DNA of 24,912 nucleotides from an uncultured Bacilli bacterium (GTDB lineage Bacteria; Bacillota_I; Bacilli_A; RF39; UBA660): NCBI GenBank assembly GCA_947631895.1, contig CANRMU010000001.1, positions 1 to 24,912 of the forward strand, read 5' to 3'. Shown piece by piece: positions 9,756 to 16,881 of this stretch (position 1 is its first letter; each line of letters starts with the position of its first letter). The notes under the pieces were generated by a model. It saw only the letters and a program-made list of their open reading frames with translations, ran no database searches and was not told where the DNA came from. The position numbers and the translations under genes were made by a program.

Positions 9756-9801
9756 ACTTACTCACTTCCACATTATAATAATTTTAGCACAAAAGATAAT
9801 T

Positions 9802-9823
9802 AAAAAAAAGATGCATTTGCATC
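9802..9823 (-). terminator. Intrinsic terminator after the DUF2207 gene
   Basis: GATGC-AAAT-GCATC followed by T8 on the minus strand. Confidence 0.75.
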
Positions 9824-11700
9824 TAAAAGCCATGACCACCGCCACCGCCGCCACCAAAGCCACCGCCTGATGAAAATCCTCCACCAAAACCGCCTCCACT
9901 TGCTCCAGTAGCATTTCTGGCAGCCGCGACATTAGCTGTATTAATGGAACTATTTATGGCATGATTAATATGATGTGCTATATAAAAATCATGATAAGGA
10001 TAATATAATCCATAATTTTCATAAACATCAGGAAATTCTTTAATTTTAGTATTCATCGCTTTTTCTACTTCATCAGCTAAACCAAAAACAGTCGCATATA
10101 CTAAATATTTTTCCCATAAAACAATTTCTGGTAATTCTTTGGTATCAAAATTACCAAAATCTTTCAAAAAATTTTTAAAAGCATTCCATCTAACATAATC
10201 CTCATTACCCTTTATAGTTCTCTTTTTAATCATTAAAGAATAAATTAAATACACCATACTAATTGGAAAAACCACATATCCTAAAATAAAATCTACATGA
10301 TAATAATAAACAACAAAACTAATTAAAAGCGCTACTAAAAGAATAAAAATGCCACAAACAATTGGTATCCCATTTTTTTCATAAAAATTTTGTCTTTCCC
10401 CATCTTTTCTAGCACAATTTAACCAATTAGAATATTTAGATTGAAAAGTACTATAAGAATTTTTAGCATAATTATCTAGTTCTTTAGAAGTAAATTTATT
10501 ATCTTTTCCAATCGTTTCAAATAGAAAATCTAATAAAACGTTTTCCGTTTCATTAACTTTATCTCGATTCATTAAAATAAACTCATAATCTTTCTTTTTA
10601 GACTTACTAGGTATTTCTTCTACTTTAATATTTTTCTTATAAATTAAATTCATAATAGAAGCAGACATAGCATTAGAAGTAATACTACCTTTCATTAAAT
10701 AATCAACAACTTCAACATTATAATCATCAATAAATTCTCTATTATATTTATTAGTAAAATCACTTTTATATTCTTTATCATAACGTATATAGACATATAC
10801 CCACCAAGAAACTAAAAAAATAATAAAAACTATACTTACAATGGCAACAGCATTATAAACCATTTTAGCAAATTTAATTTGTTCTAAAGTTGCTTCAGCT
10901 CTTTTAGTTTCGACCTCTAAAATTTTATCTAACGCTACTTCATTACTTTTATTTAAATTACTTGAATTAGTAATTAATTTTTTATCAAAAGTCATTCTAA
11001 TATCAACAGGACTATTCTTATCAAGTGATTTCATAGTAGCTAAAATACTTCCATTATCAATTTTATTAATATTTCCAGTAATATCCCCATGAGCCCAAAA
11101 TCTAAATAAATCTGAATTATCTATATTAGGCAAATGAACTTTTATTTGTAAATTATTAATTTTATCTTCAAAACCATCACCAATAAAAGTCCAATATAAT
11201 TCTGAAACATCTTCATGCATAACAACCGCACTAGAAATAGTATAAGAAATTAAATATGCCACACTTTCATTTTTTCCTTCATAATACATTTTAAAACTTT
11301 TACCATCACTAATACTACTTTCAACATAATTACCATCTTTAGCATCACTATCATAATAAACTTTAGTTAAAGGTTTAAAAACTTCATTAAAAGTATTAAA
11401 AGAAATTTCATCTTCTACTTTCTTAGCCGATATTTTAACATTACTTATTCCTTTCGCATTATAAATAGCATTATCACTATAATTGTTAGAATTAACACTT
11501 AACTTACTATTTTTATACATTATATCTCTAATATAACCATGAAATTCCCCATCTAAAACAATTAATTCTTTAACTTCTAAATCACCATTTTCTAATATAT
11601 TAGAATCTATTAAATAATCTGTAATATCATAATTAACATAAGCTTTAGTATTATTAATAAATAAAAATAATAAAATAAAAATATAAATAACTTTCTTCAT
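9823..11700 (-). CDS. DUF2207 family membrane protein
   Basis: Signal-like N-terminus, ELYWTFIG, FWAHG, WEKYLVYATVFGLA and a Gly-rich C-terminal tail (GGGFGGGGGGG). Confidence 0.85.
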   Translation of the reverse strand: MKKVIYIFILLFLFINNTKAYVNYDITDYLIDSNILENGDLEVKELIVLDGEFHGYIRDIMYKNSKLSVNSNNYSDNAIYNAKGISNVKISAKKVEDEISFNTFNEVFKPLTKVYYDSDAKDGNYVESSISDGKSFKMYYEGKNESVAYLISYTISSAVVMHEDVSELYWTFIGDGFEDKINNLQIKVHLPNIDNSDLFRFWAHGDITGNINKIDNGSILATMKSLDKNSPVDIRMTFDKKLITNSSNLNKSNEVALDKILEVETKRAEATLEQIKFAKMVYNAVAIVSIVFIIFLVSWWVYVYIRYDKEYKSDFTNKYNREFIDDYNVEVVDYLMKGSITSNAMSASIMNLIYKKNIKVEEIPSKSKKKDYEFILMNRDKVNETENVLLDFLFETIGKDNKFTSKELDNYAKNSYSTFQSKYSNWLNCARKDGERQNFYEKNGIPIVCGIFILLVALLISFVVYYYHVDFILGYVVFPISMVYLIYSLMIKKRTIKGNEDYVRWNAFKNFLKDFGNFDTKELPEIVLWEKYLVYATVFGLADEVEKAMNTKIKEFPDVYENYGLYYPYHDFYIAHHINHAINSSINTANVAAARNATGASGGGFGGGFSSGGGFGGGGGGGHGF

Positions 11701-11710
11701 ATATTCTCCT

Positions 11711-11740
11711 AAAAAATTAAGCTTACCTTAAGTAAGCTTA
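11711..11740 (-). terminator. Putative intrinsic terminator between lemA and the DUF2207 gene
   Basis: TAAGCTTAC-N5-GTAAGCTTA perfect 9-bp inverted repeat followed by ATTTTTT on the minus strand, overlapping the lemA stop. Confidence 0.6.
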
Positions 11741-12292
11741 AAATTCAACTTTAACATTTTCTCTTTCAGTTTCTTTAGCTTCAAAAAATGTTTCCTTAGT
11801 AAACTTAAATAGTTTAGCTACAATATTACTTGGTACCATTTCAATTTTATTGTTATAAGTTAAAACAGTATCATTATAAAATTGACGAGCCATAGCAATT
11901 TTATTTTCAGTTTCTTGTAACTCACTTTGTAATTGTAAAAAATTAGTATTAGCTTTTAATTCAGGATAACTCTCAGCTAAAGCAAATAATTTAGACATTG
12001 CATTAGTTAAAACATCATTAGCATCCATCTTTTCTGTAGGTGTAACAGCAGAAGTATAAGTATTACGAGCTTTAATAACAGCTTCTAATGTATCTTTTTC
12101 ATGTTTAGTATAACCTTTAACTGTATTAACTAAATTAGGAATTAAATCAAATCTTCTTTTTAATTGAACATCAATTTGACTCCATTGATCTTTAACCCGA
12201 TTCCTTAAAGTTATTAAAGAATTATAAGTTCCAATAATATATATAACTAATAATGCTAATACTACAAGAACTACAATTAACCAAATTGGCAT
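11738..12292 (-). CDS. lemA: LemA family protein
   Basis: [47 protein letters not shown]; RBS AAAGGAGG before ATG 12292. Confidence 0.95.
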   Translation of the reverse strand: MPIWLIVVLVVLALLVIYIIGTYNSLITLRNRVKDQWSQIDVQLKRRFDLIPNLVNTVKGYTKHEKDTLEAVIKARNTYTSAVTPTEKMDANDVLTNAMSKLFALAESYPELKANTNFLQLQSELQETENKIAMARQFYNDTVLTYNNKIEMVPSNIVAKLFKFTKETFFEAKETERENVKVEF

Positions 12293-12315
12293 CTTTATTC
12301 CTCCTTTATAAAGAT

Positions 12316-12344
12316 ATCTTAACATATTTTTGGCTAACTTTCAA
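12316..12344 (-). promoter_or_regulatory. sigmaA promoter of lemA
   Basis: TTGAAA-17 bp-TAAGAT with TGn extension; back-to-back with the rpmB -35. Confidence 0.65.
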
Positions 12345-12373
12345 TTGACTTCTATACTTAATAATGTTAAAAT
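12345..12373 (+). promoter_or_regulatory. sigmaA promoter of rpmB
   Basis: TTGACT-17 bp-TAAAAT with TGn extension. Confidence 0.75.
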
Positions 12374-12408
12374 TTTACAAGAAAAAAGAAAACGTGGAGG
12401 TGAAGATG

Positions 12409-12567
12409 ATGGCTAAAGTATTAACAACTAAAAAACCTAAAACTGTAAATAGTCGTAGTAAAGCATTAAATGCAACTAAAACTCGTCAAAAACCAAATAA
12501 ACAAAAGAAAACAATCAATGGTGAAAAAGTAATTATTACAGCTCGTGAAGCAAAAAAATTAAAATAG
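12409..12567 (+). CDS. rpmB: 50S ribosomal protein L28 (short, Cys-free)
   Basis: MAKVLTTKKPKTVNSRSKALNATKTRQKPNKQK resembles the L28 pattern (..S.A.N.T.R...PN.Q); strong RBS GGAGGTG before ATG 12409. Confidence 0.85.
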   Translation: MAKVLTTKKPKTVNSRSKALNATKTRQKPNKQKKTINGEKVIITAREAKKLK

Positions 12568-12586
12568 GAAAGCCTATTTTATTTTT
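12561..12586. terminator. Bidirectional terminator between rpmB and lon
   Basis: AAAATAGG-AAAG-CCTATTTT hairpin flanked by A and T tracts between convergent genes. Confidence 0.7.
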
Positions 12587-14890
12587 TTATTTAAATAATT
12601 TTTTATATATTTCTTGATAATTATTAACTAATATAATTTCTAAATTTTCTAAGACATATTCAGGGACTTTTTTTAAGTCTTTTTTATTTTCTTTAGGTAA
12701 ATAAACGGTGTGAATCCCACTGTTAAAGGCCCCAATTAATTTTTCTTTAATACCTCCAACAGGTAAAATATCTCCCCTTAAAGTTATCTCGCCAGTAAAA
12801 GCAATGGTATTAGAAATAATTTTTTTAGTTAGTAAACTAAGAAGTGAAGTTACAATAGCAACCCCAGCACTTGGTCCATCTTTAGGAGTTGCTCCATCAA
12901 TTGCATGAAGATGAAAATCATATTCCTTAAAATCAAGATTCACTTCATGATGACTTTTAATATAATCAAAAGCAACCATAATTGATTCTTTCATAATATC
13001 TTTAATGGAACCACTTATTTCTAATTTACCACTACCAAGAAATTTACAAGATTCAATAGGCAATACTCTACCCCCAACACTTGTCCAAGCAAGTGCATTT
13101 ACTAATCCAGCTTCATTAGTTTTAGGTAAAATATCATCTTCAAACTCATAAATATCTAAATATTTTTTTAAATCTTTTTCCGTTAAACTTAAAGATAATT
13201 TTTTCTTAGCTTTAATACTACTAGTTAAAACTTTTCTTACTAAACTTTCTAATTTTCTTTTTAATTCTCTTACCCCTGCTTCTTTAGTATAATGAGTTAT
13301 AATTGAAGAAATTACTCCATCAGGAATAGTTAATTCTTTTTCATTAATTCCATATTCTAAATAAATATTAGGAAGTAAATATTCTTTAGCTAAATTAATT
13401 TTTTCATATAAAGTATAACTTGAAACTTCAATTATTTCTAAACGATCTTTTAATTCAACTGGTATTTTAGTTATATCATTAGCCGTTAAAATAAATAAGA
13501 CATTACTTAAATCAAAAGGTTCTTCAAGATAATGATCAATAAATGTAAGATTCTGAGGATAATCTAAGACATCAAGTAAGACACTGGCAGGATCTCCCCG
13601 ATAATCTTTAGTCATTTTATCAACTTCATCAATTAATAAAACAGGATTATTAGTACCACATTTAATCATTGCTTCAATAATCTTACCAGGCCCAGAACCA
13701 ATATATGTTCTTCTATTACCACTTAATTCAGAAGCATCATTTAAACCACCAACACTTATTTTATAAAATTCTTTATTTAAAGCTTTAGCAATTGACATCG
13801 CAATTGTTGTTTTACCTACACCTGGAGGTCCTACTAAACAAATAATCGGACTTCTTAAATTAGGATTACGCTTTTTAACAGCACAATACTCAATAATTCG
13901 ATTCTTAACATCTTCCAATCCATAATGAGTTTGATTTAAAACTTTTAAAATATGATCTAAATCATTTTCATCATAAGAAAATTTATGCCAAGGTAGCGCA
14001 AAAAAGGTTTCTAAGTAATTTCTAATAAATGAAGCATCAGGACTTAAATCATTCATTTGCTCATATTTACTTATTTCCCTTTTAATCTTAGTAACAGTTT
14101 TACTATCTAAATCTAAAGTTTCTAATTTAGCTAACCATTCACTAGCCTCTATTTTCTTTTCATTTTCTTCCCCTAAAGTTTTTTTAATTTCTTTTAATTT
14201 TTCTCTTAAAATAAATTCTTTTTGATTTTCATCTAAACTTTTTTGTAAATTCATATTTAATTCTTGATCAAATTTTAAAACTTCTAATTCATAATTTAAA
14301 TCATCTAATAAAGTCTGAGCTCTTTTTTGACTACTTACTTCTTGCATATAAAATAATTTTTTTTCAAGACTTAAATTCATAAAACTTACTATAACATCAG
14401 TCATTTCTCCAAGAGTTTCCCGTTTATTAATTAATCCTAAAATAGCATTAGATAAACTAGGATTTAAACTAACATATTTTTTTAAAGTACTACCAATTTT
14501 TCTTTTTAAAGCACTTTCTAAAGCAGTTTCTATTTTACTAGTTTTAATTTCTTCATAATTACACTTTAAAATAGTACTATCATTAGAATCATTATAATAT
14601 TTTTTAATTTTAATTCTTTCTTTACCAACAATCTTTACTCTTAAATGACCATTAGGTAATTCCATTTTACTAGTAACTACTCCATACACTACAATTTTAG
14701 GTAAATCACTTACCTCAGGAATTTCTTCTAAAGTATCTTTAGGAGAGACAACAAGAATTTTATTTTCAAAACTTTTACCACTTAACATTATTATTTTACG
14801 AGATAATTCATTATTAAGTTCGATTTTTATCTCTTCTTTAGGAAGTAAGATAAATTCTTTTAATAATATAACTGGCAAAGTTTTCATCAT
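12587..14890 (-). CDS. lon: ATP-dependent protease La
   Basis: Walker A GPPGVGKT, LLIDEVDK, PKDGPSAG catalytic Ser and GGIKEK catalytic Lys. Confidence 0.97.
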   Translation of the reverse strand: MMKTLPVILLKEFILLPKEEIKIELNNELSRKIIMLSGKSFENKILVVSPKDTLEEIPEVSDLPKIVVYGVVTSKMELPNGHLRVKIVGKERIKIKKYYNDSNDSTILKCNYEEIKTSKIETALESALKRKIGSTLKKYVSLNPSLSNAILGLINKRETLGEMTDVIVSFMNLSLEKKLFYMQEVSSQKRAQTLLDDLNYELEVLKFDQELNMNLQKSLDENQKEFILREKLKEIKKTLGEENEKKIEASEWLAKLETLDLDSKTVTKIKREISKYEQMNDLSPDASFIRNYLETFFALPWHKFSYDENDLDHILKVLNQTHYGLEDVKNRIIEYCAVKKRNPNLRSPIICLVGPPGVGKTTIAMSIAKALNKEFYKISVGGLNDASELSGNRRTYIGSGPGKIIEAMIKCGTNNPVLLIDEVDKMTKDYRGDPASVLLDVLDYPQNLTFIDHYLEEPFDLSNVLFILTANDITKIPVELKDRLEIIEVSSYTLYEKINLAKEYLLPNIYLEYGINEKELTIPDGVISSIITHYTKEAGVRELKRKLESLVRKVLTSSIKAKKKLSLSLTEKDLKKYLDIYEFEDDILPKTNEAGLVNALAWTSVGGRVLPIESCKFLGSGKLEISGSIKDIMKESIMVAFDYIKSHHEVNLDFKEYDFHLHAIDGATPKDGPSAGVAIVTSLLSLLTKKIISNTIAFTGEITLRGDILPVGGIKEKLIGAFNSGIHTVYLPKENKKDLKKVPEYVLENLEIILVNNYQEIYKKLFK

Positions 14891-14917
14891 GTTATCACGT
14901 CCTTAATAATGTTTTTT

Positions 14918-14946
14918 ATTATAAAAGCGATTAATAATTTTGTAAA
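14918..14946 (-). promoter_or_regulatory. sigmaA promoter of lon
   Basis: TTTACA-17 bp-TATAAT. Confidence 0.75.
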
Positions 14947-15093
14947 GAAAAAAATGATAAAAAACATTAAAATAAATTGTCTATTAATGTCAATAAAACG
15001 TTTTTACAAGATATAATTTTATACCACAGTGTTTTATAAAATAAATTCTATGTAAATGTTTTTCCTAAAGTACTTCATTATTTAAAATTTACC

Positions 15094-15128
15094 AAAAGAA
15101 AACATCTATTCTTTTTATTAATAGATGT
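15094..15128 (-). terminator. Intrinsic terminator after the orphan gene at 15137-15658
   Basis: ACATCTATT-N9-AATAGATGT followed by TTTCTTTT on the minus strand. Confidence 0.7.
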
Positions 15129-15136
15129 CAAAATAA

Positions 15137-15658
15137 TTATTTTTCTTCTTTAATTCTTTTTAACAAAATATTATCTTTACTTTTTAAATCAAAACCTTTA
15201 GCTAACGTATATCTTATTAATCGTTGTTCTTCATAAGCTAAAGATTTATATAAATCAATAAATTCATCAGGAGTCTTTTTTAATGATAAAATAGCATTTT
15301 TAAAATTAAGTGATATATAATTTTTATCAGCTAAATAACTTAATTGATTGTATAAATAAGTTTTATATTCATGCGAATGTTTCATAAAAATTTCAATAAA
15401 AGGATAATTTAAAATAAATTCATCAGTTATAGTAGGAATAATTTTTCTTTCTAACCATTTTTTATCTTTAATAATTCCAATTGTAATACTACTTTCTTGA
15501 TTTAAATAAGGAATAACATTTTGTTCCTTAATTTTATTTATTAATTCTTCACTGGAATTATGAGTCATTATTTCATCAATTGATTCTAAATTAGGAAACG
15601 GAAAACCATAATTTTCTTTTTTAGGATGTTTAATAATAATTCCATAAATATTACCCAT
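15137..15658 (-). CDS. Hypothetical soluble protein (173 aa)
   Basis: ORF track 15137..15697; RBS GAAGGAAGGTGA precedes ATG 15658 (MGNIYG); has its own promoter and terminator; no recognised motif. Confidence 0.75.
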   Translation of the reverse strand: MGNIYGIIIKHPKKENYGFPFPNLESIDEIMTHNSSEELINKIKEQNVIPYLNQESSITIGIIKDKKWLERKIIPTITDEFILNYPFIEIFMKHSHEYKTYLYNQLSYLADKNYISLNFKNAILSLKKTPDEFIDLYKSLAYEEQRLIRYTLAKGFDLKSKDNILLKRIKEEK

Positions 15659-15687
15659 TTTTTCACCTTCCTTCAAGTGAAGACAAA

Positions 15688-15716
15688 ATAATATCATAAT
15701 TTCATAAGCTTGTCAA
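15688..15716 (-). promoter_or_regulatory. sigmaA promoter of the 173-aa gene
   Basis: TTGACA-17 bp-TATTAT with TGn extension. Confidence 0.8.
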
Positions 15717-15732
15717 ATTTCATTTTGATGTT

Positions 15733-15741
15733 TGCTATAAT
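15733..15741 (+). promoter_or_regulatory. Extended -10 promoter of small-peptide mRNA 1
   Basis: TGcTATAAT, conserved in copy 2; no good -35 at 17 bp spacing. Confidence 0.6.
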
Positions 15742-15803
15742 GATTTTAGAAATATTCAATTAGTTGAGCGTTTTGCCAATCTTCTTGTTGAAGGAAGGCT
15801 ATA

Positions 15804-15887
15804 ATGAACAAGAAAGATTTTTTAATTCTATCTTTAGTAATTATTATCTTATTATTATTGATATTGCTATTTATAGCATTAATATAA
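15804..15887 (+). CDS. 27-aa hydrophobic peptide 1 (MNKKDFLILSLVIIILLLLILLFIALI), candidate type I toxin
   Basis: RBS AAGGAAGG; paralog at 16181 is 20/27 identical with 6 synonymous and 7 hydrophobic-conservative codon changes, no indels, same stop position. Confidence 0.8.
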   Translation: MNKKDFLILSLVIIILLLLILLFIALI

Positions 15888-15888
15888 T

Positions 15889-15925
15889 AAAAAAATCACC
15901 TAACTTAAGCAATGAATTAGGTGAT
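15889..15925 (-). terminator. Intrinsic terminator of antisense RNA 1
   Basis: ATCACCTAA-loop-TTAGGTGAT hairpin followed by T7 on the minus strand. Confidence 0.75.
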
Positions 15926-15996
15926 GCACATATGTGGCAACACTCAACCTGCGACAATTGAATATTCCTTTTTTATTTTACGCAAGTTTCCTTGCC
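15889..15996 (-). ncRNA. Predicted ~108-nt antisense sRNA 1, candidate antitoxin
   Basis: Bounded by a sigmaA promoter and an intrinsic terminator; 5' GCAAG-GAAA-CUUGC hairpin; complementary to the 3' UTR of peptide mRNA 1; same layout in copy 2. Confidence 0.7.
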
Positions 15997-16002
15997 ATAT
16001 TC

Positions 16003-16031
16003 ATAATATCACAATAGAAAACATTTTTCAA
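16003..16031 (-). promoter_or_regulatory. sigmaA promoter of antisense RNA 1
   Basis: TTGAAA-17 bp-TATTAT with TGn extension. Confidence 0.75.
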
Positions 16032-16088
16032 GCCTATTGAAGCATTTATTATTTATTTTTTAATTCTCAAGGTAAAAGTCAAAATCTA

Positions 16089-16117
16089 TTGAATAATGCA
16101 ATTATGTTTGCTATAAT
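16089..16117 (+). promoter_or_regulatory. sigmaA promoter of small-peptide mRNA 2
   Basis: TTGAAT-17 bp-TATAAT with TGn extension. Confidence 0.75.
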
Positions 16118-16180
16118 TATTTTAGGAACATTCGATTAGTTGGGTGATTTGCCAATCTTCTAACGAAGGGAGGCGATATA

Positions 16181-16264
16181 ATGAACAAGAAAGATTTTCT
16201 CATTTTTTCTTTAGTAATTATAATATTTTTGCTTATAGTTTTACTATATGTAATTTTAATATAA
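16181..16264 (+). CDS. 27-aa hydrophobic peptide 2 (MNKKDFLIFSLVIIIFLLIVLLYVILI), candidate type I toxin
   Basis: RBS AAGGGAGG; paralog of the peptide at 15804. Confidence 0.8.
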   Translation: MNKKDFLIFSLVIIIFLLIVLLYVILI

Positions 16265-16298
16265 AAAAAATCACCTAACTCAGCAATGAATTAGGTGA
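16263..16298 (-). terminator. Intrinsic terminator of antisense RNA 2
   Basis: TCACCTAA-N12-TTAGGTGA followed by T8 on the minus strand. Confidence 0.75.
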
Positions 16299-16371
16299 AC
16301 CCATTAAAATGGCAACACCCAACATGCGAAAATTGAATGTTCCTTTTTTATTTTACGCAAGTTTCCTTGAC
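16263..16371 (-). ncRNA. Predicted ~109-nt antisense sRNA 2, candidate antitoxin
   Basis: Promoter, 5' CAAG-GAAA-CUUG hairpin and terminator arranged as in copy 1. Confidence 0.7.
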
Positions 16372-16377
16372 ATATTC

Positions 16378-16406
16378 ATAATATCACAAAAGAAAACTTT
16401 TTACAA
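16378..16406 (-). promoter_or_regulatory. sigmaA promoter of antisense RNA 2
   Basis: TTGTAA-17 bp-TATTAT with TGn extension. Confidence 0.7.
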
Positions 16407-16416
16407 GCTTATTGAA

Positions 16417-16881
16417 TCACTTCAAAACTTGATATTTTTCTACTAAATCTTCTAATTTCATTTTAGCATTAGCGCTCGATGTTGATGGTAAAGCAATATT
16501 TTTAATTTTAGTTTGAGGATAAAGATATTTTTGATACAAAATATCTGCTTTACTTCCTGTTGTAAAAATTTTATTAATTTTAGTTTTATTTAATAATTCA
16601 TTAATATCATTTACAATAACATTTTTAATAGTGCTGTCAGAAGATGATTTTATATCACATTCTTTAATTACATCCCATAAAGCTATTTGATGTTTCATTA
16701 AAAAAGCTTTTTTATCAACTATTTTTTCATTAAAAACTTTTTCTAAGACTTGCCAAAAGCGATTAGATGGATGCATATAATAAAAACCTAATTCTCTTGA
16801 TTTGATACTGGGGATTGAACCTAATATTAAGATTTTAGAATCATTACTATAAAATGGCTCTAATTCATGTGTTACTTTCAT
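16417..16881 (-). CDS. Uracil-DNA glycosylase superfamily protein (DNA-deoxyinosine glycosylase/MUG-like)
   Basis: ILILGSIPSIKS, YYMHPSNRFW, IALWDVI, LPSTSSAN. Confidence 0.88.
   Translation of the reverse strand: MKVTHELEPFYSNDSKILILGSIPSIKSRELGFYYMHPSNRFWQVLEKVFNEKIVDKKAFLMKHQIALWDVIKECDIKSSSDSTIKNVIVNDINELLNKTKINKIFTTGSKADILYQKYLYPQTKIKNIALPSTSSANAKMKLEDLVEKYQVLK

Larger units (their letters stand above)
15727..16416. repeat. Imperfect tandem duplication of two modules with ~377-bp period (about 15727-16040 and 16104-16416)
   Basis: Shared blocks: atgtttgctataat, ttgccaatcttc, tataatgaacaagaaagatttt, aaaaaaatcacctaact, gcaatgaattaggtga, tggcaacac, ttttttattttacgcaagtttccttg, catattcataatatcacaa. 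Confidence 0.95.

Noticed and set aside
9823-9905. GC-rich GGC/GGT repeat run
   Set aside because: Encodes the ordinary Gly-rich C-terminal tail of DUF2207 proteins
14947-15093. AT-rich non-coding stretch with an ATTTTATA/TATAAAAT inverted repeat (15016-15042) and a TATAAT
   Set aside because: AT-only 8-bp repeat is expected by chance at this composition; no matched -35, ORF or terminator supports an sRNA
15764-15961. 65-aa plus-strand ORF from the track, considered as a mok-like leader ORF
   Set aside because: TTG start with no RBS, and the equivalent frame in copy 2 hits TAA at 16161 after 7 codons; the conserved frame is the 27-aa ORF
15727-16416. Repeat considered as a CRISPR array, an IS/MITE or a 6S-like RNA
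   Set aside because: Only two long diverged units, no repeat-spacer pattern, cas gene, transposase or target-site duplication; the ends pair as in 6S RNA, but the interior is a conserved ORF with an SD
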